Below are positions 10,132 through 19,980 of a DNA stretch of 53,176 bases, piece by piece. The notes under the pieces were generated by a model. That model was given only the letters and a program-made list of their open reading frames with translations, had not been told where the DNA came from and did not search any database. Position 1 is the stretch's first letter; each line of letters begins with the position of its first letter. Source of the DNA: a virus (Duplodnaviria > Heunggongvirae > Uroviricota > Caudoviricetes); IMG/VR virus record IMGVR_UViG_2737471835_000006; one strand, given 5' to 3'. The translations under genes and the position numbers were made by a program.

Positions 10132-11003
10132 GTATGAGTGTGTCCGTTATACGTTGTGCGGACTTCAGTTATTGTGCCTTGTCGATCCTGCACCTCTTGT
10201 CCTGCTAACACACTACCGCGAGTTGTGATATTACCTGTTCCACCGTTATCTCCAGTGACAGAAATATCGTTACGGAATGTCGCTAATTTATCTACAATTA
10301 ATGTCTCGGTGATATGCGTTGGACCAGCTAGTGTTATCCCACCCGGAGCCCACGCACTGATTGTTTGAGCTGTCAGCGATATTCTGTTCGCAGCAGTAAC
10401 ACTAACAGAACTCGTTGCTATAACGTTCACTAAATCAGCATGTGCGTTAATTGTGTCAGTTGCTGTCACATTAATAATGTCAGCGTCTGCGTTAATTAAT
10501 TTTCCACCATGAATATTGACAACGTTTTCGCTATTAATAGTAACGTCTGCACGTCCGAATATTTCTATTTCAGACTCACCGAGTATTTTTACTACGCCGT
10601 CCGGTACGCCCTGCCATGTCAGAGTGTGATTTTTTGTGTTATACGTCATCGTAGCCCCGTCACAGTATGCAGTGACATGATCATGGGGGTCATTACTGGG
10701 CGGAGCTTTGTTGTCAATGTGCAGCCCGAGCATAACTACGCCGTTCCGCGTGTCCCCGCCCTCAGAAACAACGGTAACGGGATCACCCACTGATGGAGCG
10801 CTCCAATCCACTCGTTCCGATGTCGCGTGCGTGAACCACTGCAGCCAGCCTGACTGGTGCTCGCCGCCAAATGAGACGCGGCAGCGAGGAGGATTCATTT
10901 TAACTGCAGCTATCGTGCCGCGTTTAACTGCGTCACGCAGCCGGCGCGCGTTCTCCGCTGCAGCATATTCATCGTCCGATTGGGCCATAGTAGTCGCCCT
11001 CAT
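10086..11003 (-). CDS. Baseplate spike/assembly protein, P2 gpV-like with C-terminal extension
   Basis: 305 aa; first gene of the V-W-J-I-H block. Confidence 0.6.
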   Translation of the reverse strand: MRATTMAQSDDEYAAAENARRLRDAVKRGTIAAVKMNPPRCRVSFGGEHQSGWLQWFTHATSERVDWSAPSVGDPVTVVSEGGDTRNGVVMLGLHIDNKAPPSNDPHDHVTAYCDGATMTYNTKNHTLTWQGVPDGVVKILGESEIEIFGRADVTINSENVVNIHGGKLINADADIINVTATDTINAHADLVNVIATSSVSVTAANRISLTAQTISAWAPGGITLAGPTHITETLIVDKLATFRNDISVTGDNGGTGNITTRGSVLAGQEVQDRQGTITEVRTTYNGHTHTCPDGETQQPNQPMA

Positions 11004-11505
11004 GTTCTGCGCCGATATCTGGCGCTATTCCGACATATAAATTTTTCAGGGTTCCCTGTGATGGGTAATCGAAAATATCGGGACCAACGCCGACAACCTG
11101 CGTGAACGACACGCACTGAACTGAATGCGAACCGACTGACTGCCCGTTTTTAATCCAGTCACACGGTTCCGCGTCGCTGAATTTTGCCGGTTTAGTTCCG
11201 GGACCGAACATTCGCCCATCAATCCAGCTCGTCATATAGAGCGCTGCATTCTGCGATTTCAGTCCGTACCGATCCGCAGCAAACTCACGCAGCAAATACA
11301 AATTACACGACAGCTCGACTGACTGAATTGAGCCTGGAACCGATTCGTCACTCTGTGACCAGTTGCTGATTTCCAGGAACAGAGCTGGCGTTTCAAATCC
11401 TGCCGGAATTTCTGGATAAATTCCGAATGTTTTGATGAACGGTATTTGTAAAACCGCGCCTTTAACGCGATCAAGATATTCGTCAAATGCATCCAGTCCG
11501 CTCAT
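10969..11505 (-). CDS. Hypothetical virion protein (tail completion position)
   Basis: 178 aa between head-completion genes and baseplate genes; no motif recognised. Confidence 0.4.
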   Translation of the reverse strand: MSGLDAFDEYLDRVKGAVLQIPFIKTFGIYPEIPAGFETPALFLEISNWSQSDESVPGSIQSVELSCNLYLLREFAADRYGLKSQNAALYMTSWIDGRMFGPGTKPAKFSDAEPCDWIKNGQSVGSHSVQCVSFTQVVGVGPDIFDYPSQGTLKNLYVGIAPDIGAEHEGDYYGPIGR

Positions 11506-12182
11506 AATCGTTTACCTGTTTTAGGGTCTACGTGAACGCGTCCTTTCACTCGACCGCGCAAATCTTTCTCAAAAAAGCCCATGAAAACAGGGCCAATGTT
11601 TTCAAAAATATAATCATCGATAGCATCCTCAAGCGCGTCGTGCACAGGTACGCGAGCCTCTTCGATTCCTCCGCGAGCCAGTCGAATCCAGACGCTTTTC
11701 GCACCGTAGCGTTTCGCTACGAATGAATCTGGCCAACTAATCATCGCCAGCCCTGCACTTTTGGGCGTAAAAGTTGCCCCTCGAGCGCCTTTTTTTGTTT
11801 TCAAAAATTGACCGGTCTCTGGATTGCGAGGCTGCTTCTGCTTCCTGGGATTTTGTAATTGCCCCTTTAGCTCAGATACACGGAAATCGTTCAGGCCGTA
11901 CCAGAGTTTTACGCTACTCAGATCTCCTGCCCCTTCTTTTGTAAAATTGCGGCGCTTAATGAACGGTTTGATTCGTTTATTTACGGCCTTATGATTTTTA
12001 GCTGCCAGTGCAGTCAAAATCATTCCTGCTGAAATTCGGTGCATATGCTTTGCAGTTCGGTTCAGCGCTCTGTTGTATGCCATCAGCATCTGATGTTGCG
12101 TCGCGCTGATTTCGACTCTGAGCTGCTCCAGCGCCGAAACATCGATATCGAACATCTGCGCGTTACTACGTAAATCGGCCAC
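11502..12182 (-). CDS. Putative virion morphogenesis / tail completion protein
   Basis: 226 aa basic protein; position equivalent to P2 R/S. Confidence 0.4.
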   Translation of the reverse strand: MADLRSNAQMFDIDVSALEQLRVEISATQHQMLMAYNRALNRTAKHMHRISAGMILTALAAKNHKAVNKRIKPFIKRRNFTKEGAGDLSSVKLWYGLNDFRVSELKGQLQNPRKQKQPRNPETGQFLKTKKGARGATFTPKSAGLAMISWPDSFVAKRYGAKSVWIRLARGGIEEARVPVHDALEDAIDDYIFENIGPVFMGFFEKDLRGRVKGRVHVDPKTGKRL

Positions 12183-12213
12183 GGTTCCCCCTTAAGTGGG
12201 ACCGCGGTCCCAC

Positions 12214-12594
12214 TTAGTATTTTGAATACTCGCTGTTTTCGCTGGACGTGTGAGGCTCTAAAAAAATATTCGTGAGACCGATGCCATCCGGTTGAGGCTC
12301 TTTAACCACGTAATCGGTCCAGTCAGACCAGGTAACAGAGCCGTCAGCAGCGATACTGCGCTGCTTTGGGACCTGGACAACGTCACGCGCAACAACGCCA
12401 GCGACGTCGTCTGAAAGCGCTGTCAGGCTCGTTACTGTACCGGTAATAAAACCAGCGTGAGGAACGTCAACGCGCGCGTAAGGCTCGTTGAAAATAGCGA
12501 TAATAGGGTCGGTTTTACCGCGTAATTTAACGGGCCATCCCCACTCACGGATCATCTCCTCGTCGCCAGCCCGGAGGTCATCGTAGTAGCTCAT
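12214..12594 (-). CDS. Head-tail connector protein (lambda FII position)
   Basis: 126 aa directly after the FI-like gene with 4-nt overlap. Confidence 0.5.
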   Translation of the reverse strand: MSYYDDLRAGDEEMIREWGWPVKLRGKTDPIIAIFNEPYARVDVPHAGFITGTVTSLTALSDDVAGVVARDVVQVPKQRSIAADGSVTWSDWTDYVVKEPQPDGIGLTNIFLEPHTSSENSEYSKY

Positions 12595-12998
12595 AGCGCG
12601 TAAACGTGATCAGCTGCGATGAGGTCTGCAACCTCCGGTGAATCAACAACAATTTCCCGGCCAGCAGCAACAATCTCGCGAACGCGACGCCCGTTCACGT
12701 AGTGATAAACGTCCAGCGTGTTACGCAGTCTGACGCGGCGCGTGGCGGGGGACAGTTCTGGTTGTGACGTCGTGCTCGCGATTGACGGTTGTTCGGCACC
12801 GTCACCATCATCTGATGCGCTTGCATTAGTGTCGGCATCACTCTCGTCGCCGGATTGCTCGTTCAGAATATCGAGCTCTGACTCAGCGCCGGCGACGATT
12901 GATTCCAGTTCCGCAATAGTCCCGCTACGCGGTAATTCGCGACCAAGCTGGGCGCTCAGATCATCGATGCGCGCCAGCAATTCTGTTTTTGTGCTCAT
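12591..12998 (-). CDS. DNA packaging protein, lambda FI-like
   Basis: 135 aa; N-terminal MSTKTELLARIDDLSAQLGREL parallels lambda FI; acidic middle region. Confidence 0.55.
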   Translation of the reverse strand: MSTKTELLARIDDLSAQLGRELPRSGTIAELESIVAGAESELDILNEQSGDESDADTNASASDDGDGAEQPSIASTTSQPELSPATRRVRLRNTLDVYHYVNGRRVREIVAAGREIVVDSPEVADLIAADHVYAL

Positions 12999-13028
12999 GT
13001 TGATTCCTTAAAAAGAGCCTTTCGGCTC

Positions 13029-14063
13029 TTACGCGATTTTTACGACGACGAATGCATCAGCGTCCGTGAGCACCATTGCTGGCGCGGATTGAGTCATTGT
13101 CTGCGTCACTGCCGGATCACCGGTCGTCGTCCAGACTTTTGGATAGCGCGTGGCCTCGCAGATCCCCTCTTTCAGCGCGTCTTCGTCCTGAATCGCGCCA
13201 TACGTGCGGAGTCCGCGATTTTTTGTGTTGCCCAGGATCATCGTGTTATCCGGCATATAACGCGTTTCAATGCCTGTTACAGGGTCAATATATTGCCCCT
13301 TGTAAACGAACAGCGCCGTGTCGCCGTAATAGCCCTTAAAGCTAACGACATCGCCCAGGTTTTTCAGCGCGACTTCGAGCTGGCTGTTTGAGCCACGGCG
13401 CGTATCCAGTGCCGTCCAGAATTTTTTAAAGCGCTTCAACTGCTTCCAGGCTTTACCGTCCATGATGATCACGTTAACAGCACCGGAGGCGAGGTCTGCA
13501 TAGGATTCGATATCGTCGCTCGGGTCATACGTTTCCGCGTCCTGAGTAGACCAGGCTGTCGAACCGGACTGAGTGACGTTATTCGTCGCGCTGCGGCTCA
13601 TATCGATCTCATAGGTCTCGATATTGCTGCCGGAGACTGTGTATTTACCGTACAGAACCGCCTGCACTGCCTGGAACTCTTCGAGCTGACTGATGCTGAG
13701 TTCCTCGTCGAGCAGGTTCTGCATGATGATTTTTGCACGACGTTCGACCGGCGTTTCCGGCTGACCAATTTGCTCACCGGCGGCGCGCTTAATGCTCATA
13801 TTCGGATTGATCGTGTGTTTCGGCTTCGTGTAACCCGGTTTGAAATAGTTCGTTGAATAGCCGCGAGTGCGGTCAACTTTGCCGGTGATCATCGGCGCGC
13901 AATATACCGCCATATTGACTTTGCCCGGGATTTTATCCAGAAAAACCTCTTCGCTCGTAAACGTGTAGGTCTCACGGAAAAACAATCTTAAAAACAACGG
14001 ATTGAACTTAAATACCTGCTGCGTTGCGGTAATCAGTTCTGACGTAGTAAACGAATCGCTCAT
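13029..14063 (-). CDS. Major capsid protein, lambda gpE family
   Basis: 344 aa; FKFNPLFLRLFFRETYTF, GNTKNRGLRTYGAIQD and TTGDPA blocks match lambda gpE closely. Confidence 0.9.
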   Translation of the reverse strand: MSDSFTTSELITATQQVFKFNPLFLRLFFRETYTFTSEEVFLDKIPGKVNMAVYCAPMITGKVDRTRGYSTNYFKPGYTKPKHTINPNMSIKRAAGEQIGQPETPVERRAKIIMQNLLDEELSISQLEEFQAVQAVLYGKYTVSGSNIETYEIDMSRSATNNVTQSGSTAWSTQDAETYDPSDDIESYADLASGAVNVIIMDGKAWKQLKRFKKFWTALDTRRGSNSQLEVALKNLGDVVSFKGYYGDTALFVYKGQYIDPVTGIETRYMPDNTMILGNTKNRGLRTYGAIQDEDALKEGICEATRYPKVWTTTGDPAVTQTMTQSAPAMVLTDADAFVVVKIA

Positions 14064-14083
14064 TTATATATCCTGTATAAAAA

Positions 14084-14120
14084 AACCGCCCGGAGGCGGC
14101 TTGTTTTGAGTTTTTTTTTT
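14084..14120. terminator. GC hairpin (CCGCC-CGGA-GGCGG) flanked by an A-run and a T10 run
   Basis: Read directly: aaaaaccgcccggaggcggcttgttttgagtttttttttt; lies between the decoration and capsid genes. Confidence 0.4.
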
Positions 14121-14124
14121 GCTA

Positions 14125-14454
14125 TCAGCCAACGCTGACTGGCGTACCAGCAAACGCTGATTTGCGTTTAGCGACGTCAGTAACCGTACCCCAGTTAATC
14201 GCCGTATAACGAAACGATCCTGATTTGTAGTACGAGCAGTCTGCAGAACTGGAGCCTGTATTAACTGCTGTGGCTGTGAGACCAACCGCCTTACCAATTG
14301 AGCCGTCCCAGACTTTAAACGTCCCGGCAGTAGCGTCGAGCATAATCGGTGTCAGCCGGGGTACGTTGATCCCGCCCTGAAAATGACCGACGGTCGTCAC
14401 AACAAGATCGGGTCCCAGAATAAAATCATCCGGGCTATACGTTTCTGTGGTCAT
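14125..14454 (-). CDS. Head decoration protein, lambda gpD family
   Basis: 109 aa; PIMLDATAGTFKVWDG and KRKSAFAGTPVSV match lambda gpD. Confidence 0.85.
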   Translation of the reverse strand: MTTETYSPDDFILGPDLVVTTVGHFQGGINVPRLTPIMLDATAGTFKVWDGSIGKAVGLTATAVNTGSSSADCSYYKSGSFRYTAINWGTVTDVAKRKSAFAGTPVSVG

Positions 14455-15764
14455 TATTCATCCCCTAAAATTGAACGCCCTGCCGCGACCAGCATCGAGA
14501 CGTTTGCGGTTGTTCCTGTTGCCGTGGTGCTGCCGGCATCCTGAATAGTTTCCGGTGATTCAGTGCTCATGAGTGTATCGAGCGCCGTTTCTGTCCGCGC
14601 CTGCGCTGTTTGCGGTGCTGCCGCGAGGACAGCCTGCGCCTGCCCGACCGTCATCCCGGGGACGGCAGCGAGCGCTTTTGCCTGCGCCTCGCGCCCAACA
14701 GCTTCGGGACAGTTGATGATGGCCATCACGCGTGCCAGTTCGCTCGATGCGGCGTCCGCGCGAATCTGCTCCGCGTTGGACTCAACCGGCGCGACCGTAG
14801 TCGTAGCCGCGGTTTGTTCTGTGGTCGTGGTCTCCGCCGTGGTTTCTGTTGTACCTGGCATAAATCGCTCCGTTTTTGGTTTCAGTGCGTCGGCCATCAC
14901 TGCGATAGCGTCCGCGTAATTAACGAGTTGATCAGCGAGACCAGATTTAATCGCGTCCGCGCCGATAAATACTGCGGCCTCTGTGGCCAGCACCCTGGAT
15001 TTTTTCAGCCCGGTATAATCCGAGACTTTTTGCGCGAACTGCTCGCGTGTGCTGTTAATACTCAGCTGGAATTCGTCGCGAACGTCGTCGGGCAGCTGGG
15101 AATACGGGTTCCCGTCGACTTTGTGCGCGCCGGCGTAAATCAGCGTCACGTCAACGCCGGCAATCTCCAGCGCCTTTTCGACGCAGCGGTGAGCCATCAG
15201 GACACCGATTGAACCAACCGTGCCGGTCTGCGTTATCAGCCGGCGCGAACACGCTGACGCCAGCAAATATGCGGCGCTGCAGGCCGTATCGCTGGCCAGC
15301 GCCCACACCGGTTTTTGCTCTCGCGCCCGGGCGATTAAATCAGCGGTATCAAACGCGCCGGCGACCTCACCGCCAGGGGAATCAATATCCAGCAGGATCC
15401 CCTTAACATCGGGATCAGAAATCGCCTGCTGCAGGCGTTTTGCGATTCCGTCGTAACCACTCATCCCGCTGACCGGATTGATATAACCCAATTTATGAAC
15501 CAGCGTCCCGGTAACCGGCAGAACGGCTATACCACGCTCCACGCGATACGATTTCTGGCGTGTTCGCTCGCTGCTGTCCCACCCCATCGCGAGCGCGTTC
15601 ATTTCGTCGCTGTTCATTACCTCTCCTGACGCTGTATCAATCAGTCGCCCGGTACCGAACCGGTCGCTCAGCGCAGAAAAAAATACCCGCGCGTAGGCGG
15701 GCTCCAGCAAAAGCGGTTGATTGAACGCCCTAGCGGCGAGGTGCGGAAAATTGTTCCACGGCAT
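14454..15764 (-). CDS. Head maturation protease / scaffold, lambda gpC (S49 peptidase) family
   Basis: 436 aa; SppA-type peptidase core with Ala/Thr-rich C-terminal scaffold-like region; directly after portal. Confidence 0.85.
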   Translation of the reverse strand: MPWNNFPHLAARAFNQPLLLEPAYARVFFSALSDRFGTGRLIDTASGEVMNSDEMNALAMGWDSSERTRQKSYRVERGIAVLPVTGTLVHKLGYINPVSGMSGYDGIAKRLQQAISDPDVKGILLDIDSPGGEVAGAFDTADLIARAREQKPVWALASDTACSAAYLLASACSRRLITQTGTVGSIGVLMAHRCVEKALEIAGVDVTLIYAGAHKVDGNPYSQLPDDVRDEFQLSINSTREQFAQKVSDYTGLKKSRVLATEAAVFIGADAIKSGLADQLVNYADAIAVMADALKPKTERFMPGTTETTAETTTTEQTAATTTVAPVESNAEQIRADAASSELARVMAIINCPEAVGREAQAKALAAVPGMTVGQAQAVLAAAPQTAQARTETALDTLMSTESPETIQDAGSTTATGTTANVSMLVAAGRSILGDE

Positions 15765-17335
15765 CAGTTACCTCCCCAGCCGTTATCGTTGGTATTTGAG
15801 GGGTGAGATACTGACCAGGATGGTTCGCTCAGCTCCATTTCGCGCCGGCGCTGAATTTCGTATTCCTGTTGTTCCATGACCTCCTCGTAGTCCTGCCCCT
15901 GCAGCGCGAGTTCGTTCTGATACGTGCTGAGGCCAGTCGTGATGCGCATGGCGCTCTCCTGAACCTCTTTCAGCCCATCAATCGCCATGCGACCAGCGCC
16001 GATCCAGAGCGCGTTCGTCCAGGAGTTCCGCGCTTCATAAAACGACCGGACCGCTGAGCGTGGCAGGGTGATAACTCCGCGCGCCAGAGCTTCCTCAAAC
16101 CAGCAGCAGAACATCAGTGACGCCTGTCGTGCGGCGATAAAACGTCGACGGCCCATGAAAAAACGCCAGCTCACGTTTGCGCTGGCCCGCGCGCTGGAGT
16201 AACTGACCTGGCTGTAGTCCCGACTCAGTTCCTCATATGACGCGCCGACGCCAGCGGCAACGTAACGCAGGAGTGATTTTTCCAGCGAACTGAAACCAGC
16301 ATCAGCATTCTGAGCGGTCTGTAAACTGAGTTTGTCGCCGGGATGCAGGTGGGGAACTTTCACACCACCGAGCTTGATATTTGCGCCGTTGTAGTACGTC
16401 ACGTAACTCTGAATAAACGAACTCAGCGGGTTCGAGTCGATATCAGTACCCGCGCCGGCGATATATTCAAACGCCTGCTGGCTGTCGAGCTCTGATTCGA
16501 TTGTGGCGGCGTACATCGCCTTCACGATGGCGCTCTGCAGCTGTGTTTGCTGCAGCGTATCGAGCATTTTCAGCCGCTCCATTACGCTGTAAAAAATGTT
16601 ATCTCCGCGGGTTTGTCCGTCCTCGAGCGGCTCGAATATGTGAATGAATGCGTGTCTGCCGCTGCTGAGTTTTGCTGGTATGCGCCGGCATTTACCAACT
16701 CCGCCGAGGGGATAGGTATCCTCGGCTATCCAGTACCCAACCGCGGCCCCGTTTTTATCGATATCAACACCGGCGCGGCGAAATTGAGTGTCAGCTGCGT
16801 AGCCAGGATTTCGAATTCGTTTCGGTGAGACCATTTTGAATCGCGTCCGAAAAACGCTGCCGGCGCAGCTCTCCCACACCGGTTGTACGCAGGTTTCACC
16901 GTTGAACGCGTGAGTGGCCACGCCTTCGCGAATCATCATTGTGAACGTCCGTTTCCGCTCGATATCAATCGTGCAGTGAGGGTCCTCGGCGTATTCAGTC
17001 CACGCGACCTCAACGTCACGCGCCAGCGCCCTGGCGTCCTCGCGAGATATCCCGATGTAACGCCAGTTAGGGCGATAACTCAACTTAAACAGATTGCCGA
17101 CGATATGATCCTGATGCAGCTGCACGGCGTTCGACGCGACGCCGTTATTACGAACGAGATCGTCTGCTCGCGCGTTACCGCGATAAAAATTAGGCAGCAG
17201 TGCCGCATCGGCGCTTTGCTGTGGTGCATTCCAGTCAATCAGCTGGCCACCGAAGCCGGGACCGCCGCCGTTATACCCCGCGTAACGGCGTAGTGGCGTT
17301 TTACCGTCAGGCCCGAGCAACTGCTGAGCAGTCAT
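15764..17335 (-). CDS. Portal protein, lambda gpB family
   Basis: 523 aa; long collinear blocks with lambda gpB (LLPNFYRGNARADDLVRNNG, KRTFTMMIREGV, YSVMERLKMLDTLQ, IDGLKEVQE). Confidence 0.9.
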   Translation of the reverse strand: MTAQQLLGPDGKTPLRRYAGYNGGGPGFGGQLIDWNAPQQSADAALLPNFYRGNARADDLVRNNGVASNAVQLHQDHIVGNLFKLSYRPNWRYIGISREDARALARDVEVAWTEYAEDPHCTIDIERKRTFTMMIREGVATHAFNGETCVQPVWESCAGSVFRTRFKMVSPKRIRNPGYAADTQFRRAGVDIDKNGAAVGYWIAEDTYPLGGVGKCRRIPAKLSSGRHAFIHIFEPLEDGQTRGDNIFYSVMERLKMLDTLQQTQLQSAIVKAMYAATIESELDSQQAFEYIAGAGTDIDSNPLSSFIQSYVTYYNGANIKLGGVKVPHLHPGDKLSLQTAQNADAGFSSLEKSLLRYVAAGVGASYEELSRDYSQVSYSSARASANVSWRFFMGRRRFIAARQASLMFCCWFEEALARGVITLPRSAVRSFYEARNSWTNALWIGAGRMAIDGLKEVQESAMRITTGLSTYQNELALQGQDYEEVMEQQEYEIQRRREMELSEPSWSVSHPSNTNDNGWGGN

Positions 17336-17565
17336 AATCGAACTCCCACGGGACGGCGGCGTCCCGTACTCAGACCGAGCTGTGATTTCAGCTCGATAAT
17401 GTACGTTCGGAGCTGTTCAATACTCGCCTGTGAGTATTGATAGCTCCGGTTATTTCCCGCTGAATCGCCGTGAGACAGCGATACAGTCGATCTACCCGTT
17501 AATAATTTGTGCAGGGCAATTTCAGCTTCCAGCAGCCGTTCTGTTAAAACCTCGCGCGACATCAT
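17332..17565 (-). CDS. Head-tail joining protein, lambda gpW family
   Basis: 77 aa; ALHKLLTGRSTVSL ... LRTYIIELKSQLG parallels lambda W; 4-nt overlaps with terminase and portal. Confidence 0.8.
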   Translation of the reverse strand: MMSREVLTERLLEAEIALHKLLTGRSTVSLSHGDSAGNNRSYQYSQASIEQLRTYIIELKSQLGLSTGRRRPVGVRL

Positions 17566-19526
17566 GAGCTCCCTCCGAGCATTCTGGCCATCTCCTCGAG
17601 AGACAGTTTGTTTTGTGATTTTTTCCGTTGCTCAGCGAGCGTCTCGAGATTGAGCTGGAAACGAATTTTACTGATACGTAGCGCTGCCAGCGCGTATACC
17701 CAGCAGTCGAGCGCCTCATTTCGCCGGCCCTGGTTGTCCCAGCGATAAACGACGCGACCGTTAATCAGTTTCGGGATCAGAACTTCAGAGACGAGCTGTT
17801 TTGCCTCTGTCGTGCCGAATATTTCGTCGTCGTTGGGAAAATGAATCGCACTTGGTGTCGCCGATTTAGAATCGGGTTCCAGCGGCAGGCGCATTGCGAG
17901 CAAATCTTTTGCCGTATCAGTACCGATTAACGACAAATAGACTTTATTCGCGTTACGTGTACGCGGCATATTTACGACTGGCTGACCGTATGAACTCGCA
18001 CCTTTAATTGGAATGACCCACAGCGGACCGAGTTTCAGCGAGCGGTTATAAACGACCTGCGCATCTATACCACCGGTATCCCACGCCCAGCGACTGACGC
18101 CGATTGTGGTCCCGTCGCTGCGCCGGTATTGTTTGCGAATCACTCCGTCGACGCGCTGCAGCGTGTCCTCCTCGTCGTAGCGACCGAGGACGATTGTTTT
18201 ATCAATCAGCCAGCACTCCTCCTCCACTCCCCAGCCCCACACGTAACACTCGTAGCGACCGGACGTCTGAGAGTCGATGCCGCCGGTCAGATAAACAACA
18301 CCGTCAGGAACCTGGCTGGCGTATTTTTCCCGGCGATTAACCAGAATATCGTGCTCCAGCTGCTCGCTGGCTACGTCACTCCAGAGTTCGCCGAGCGTCG
18401 TGTTATGAAACGTCTTTTCTTTGAGCGGATCGCCCTTCGCTTTCAGCCACTCGCTGACAATCTCGCCCCAGCCGTCGAGATTCAGCGAATACATGGCGTT
18501 TATCACGATCGCCGCGTGTTTCGGCGCGCGAACGACACCACCGTCGTGATCAAAAAAACGAATACCGTCCCGCGTCCAGGTGCAGTCCTCTGCTATCCAG
18601 CGCCCCGCGAGCTCCATTTTTTCGAGATCGCGATAGTAAAAATGCTCAGGACAGTGGCAGCACTGGTAATACGCGGACGACGATTTCGCCTCATTTGTCT
18701 GCAGGCTATTATCCCATTTGAGGCCATATTCGATGCCGTCGAAACCAAATACCAGGACCTGCTCCTCGCCACAATGCGGACATTTCAGGTAAAAACGAAA
18801 CGTCAGGTCAGCGGCATCCTCCAGCATTTCAATATGACTTTTTCCGGTGACGGTTGGCGTCGAGCCGAAAATCGCCTTCGGGTACGCTGCCCCTTTAATT
18901 CGAACGAGCGCCAGTTCGATGGGCGAGCCCTCGCCTTTGCCTTTTTTGGCAACTTCCAGCGGCCAGCCGTCAACTTCGTCACCCTCGACAACCTGTTTCG
19001 TTAGTCGCCGGAAATTTCCTGGTGCACTCGCGCCGCGAAAATCAATAATCGCGCCGCTCATTTCTTTACGCTGGAGATTGTTACGCTCGTTGCTTTTATC
19101 CCAGTCGGGGAAAATTTTCTGAATCACCGGCATTTCGGCGATAGCGGGGTCAACCTCGTCGGCAACAAATCCATCCGATTCGTCATCGATAGGCTGATAG
19201 ACCACGGCACTACGTTTTTTGTGCTCAGCGAAATAGAGCAGCGCCGCGACGAGTATTTTTGTATAACCGAGACGAGCTGATTTGCGAACAGACACGATTT
19301 TTATCGCGTCGTTAGTCATCATATTGAGCATCACTACCTGGACCGGCTGAGTCGTCCAGTGGCCAGCGATGTGGCTGGAGCCCTCAGGGAGATAAAAATA
19401 TTTATCAGCCCACTCAACCCCCGTCATCGGTATCGTCACGCGCAAGGGATTCAACCCTGTCGAGATCGCGTTCGATATCGCTGACATCGTAATCGCTGAA
19501 GTCGACTCGTATGTCTGCCAGTTCAT
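17562..19526 (-). CDS. Terminase large subunit, lambda gpA family
   Basis: 654 aa; VEWADKYFYLP, CPHCGEEQ, KTFHNTTLGELW and VIPIKGAS blocks match lambda gpA; start may be a downstream Met, reducing the overlap with the small subunit. Confidence 0.9.
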   Translation of the reverse strand: MNWQTYESTSAITMSAISNAISTGLNPLRVTIPMTGVEWADKYFYLPEGSSHIAGHWTTQPVQVVMLNMMTNDAIKIVSVRKSARLGYTKILVAALLYFAEHKKRSAVVYQPIDDESDGFVADEVDPAIAEMPVIQKIFPDWDKSNERNNLQRKEMSGAIIDFRGASAPGNFRRLTKQVVEGDEVDGWPLEVAKKGKGEGSPIELALVRIKGAAYPKAIFGSTPTVTGKSHIEMLEDAADLTFRFYLKCPHCGEEQVLVFGFDGIEYGLKWDNSLQTNEAKSSSAYYQCCHCPEHFYYRDLEKMELAGRWIAEDCTWTRDGIRFFDHDGGVVRAPKHAAIVINAMYSLNLDGWGEIVSEWLKAKGDPLKEKTFHNTTLGELWSDVASEQLEHDILVNRREKYASQVPDGVVYLTGGIDSQTSGRYECYVWGWGVEEECWLIDKTIVLGRYDEEDTLQRVDGVIRKQYRRSDGTTIGVSRWAWDTGGIDAQVVYNRSLKLGPLWVIPIKGASSYGQPVVNMPRTRNANKVYLSLIGTDTAKDLLAMRLPLEPDSKSATPSAIHFPNDDEIFGTTEAKQLVSEVLIPKLINGRVVYRWDNQGRRNEALDCWVYALAALRISKIRFQLNLETLAEQRKKSQNKLSLEEMARMLGGSS

Positions 19527-19980
19527 TCAGGGCTATCGCCAGCTCCTCTCGTAAAACACTGCTCGCCTCCTGCGGCATTTCAGGCCACACCTTTTTCAAC
19601 CGTGGTGGCCACGATTCGACACGGGTACGTAATTCAACTGCGACGCGAGATACAGCGACGCTGATTAATTCAATTGGCGCGTAGCGTTTAGCAAGAATGC
19701 GGCGTTTCACGCGAGCCATCAGGATTCGCTCCTGTCGTTCCTCATTTTTCAGCCACTGCTCGCGATTTTTTTCGGGAGAATTGTCCCCCACTTCCGGTTC
19801 GTCAGTACCAACTGTGTCGCGTCTATTACTCCGGAGATAATGAATATAGAAATGGCGCCAGGCGTCTAGCTCCCAATCACCACGTCCTTGTGGGACTGGT
19901 GCTCCCGGAAGTTTTGCGAGATCGCGCAGACGACGATCTGATAGCAGTAAATGTGCTGCGACCTCAGCCTGACTTGCCAT
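19414..19980 (-). CDS. Terminase small subunit (Nu1-position, N-terminal HTH)
   Basis: 188 aa immediately upstream of and overlapping the large subunit; N-terminal helix-turn-helix-like segment, acidic C-terminus. Confidence 0.55.
   Translation of the reverse strand: MASQAEVAAHLLLSDRRLRDLAKLPGAPVPQGRGDWELDAWRHFYIHYLRSNRRDTVGTDEPEVGDNSPEKNREQWLKNEERQERILMARVKRRILAKRYAPIELISVAVSRVAVELRTRVESWPPRLKKVWPEMPQEASSVLREELAIALNELADIRVDFSDYDVSDIERDLDRVESLARDDTDDGG

Noticed and set aside
14064-14297. 77-aa minus-strand ORF overlapping the decoration protein gene
   Set aside because: Alternative frame of the well-supported gpD-like gene and running into the intergenic hairpin.
14563-15456. Several plus-strand ORFs (118, 200, 65, 78 aa) antisense to the head protease gene
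   Set aside because: Embedded in the gpC-like gene; Ala/Arg-rich translations typical of GC-rich antisense frames.
18129-19004. 291-aa plus-strand ORF antisense to the terminase large subunit gene
   Set aside because: Fully contained within a strongly supported gpA-like gene on the opposite strand; no SD, and high GC content commonly leaves antisense frames open.
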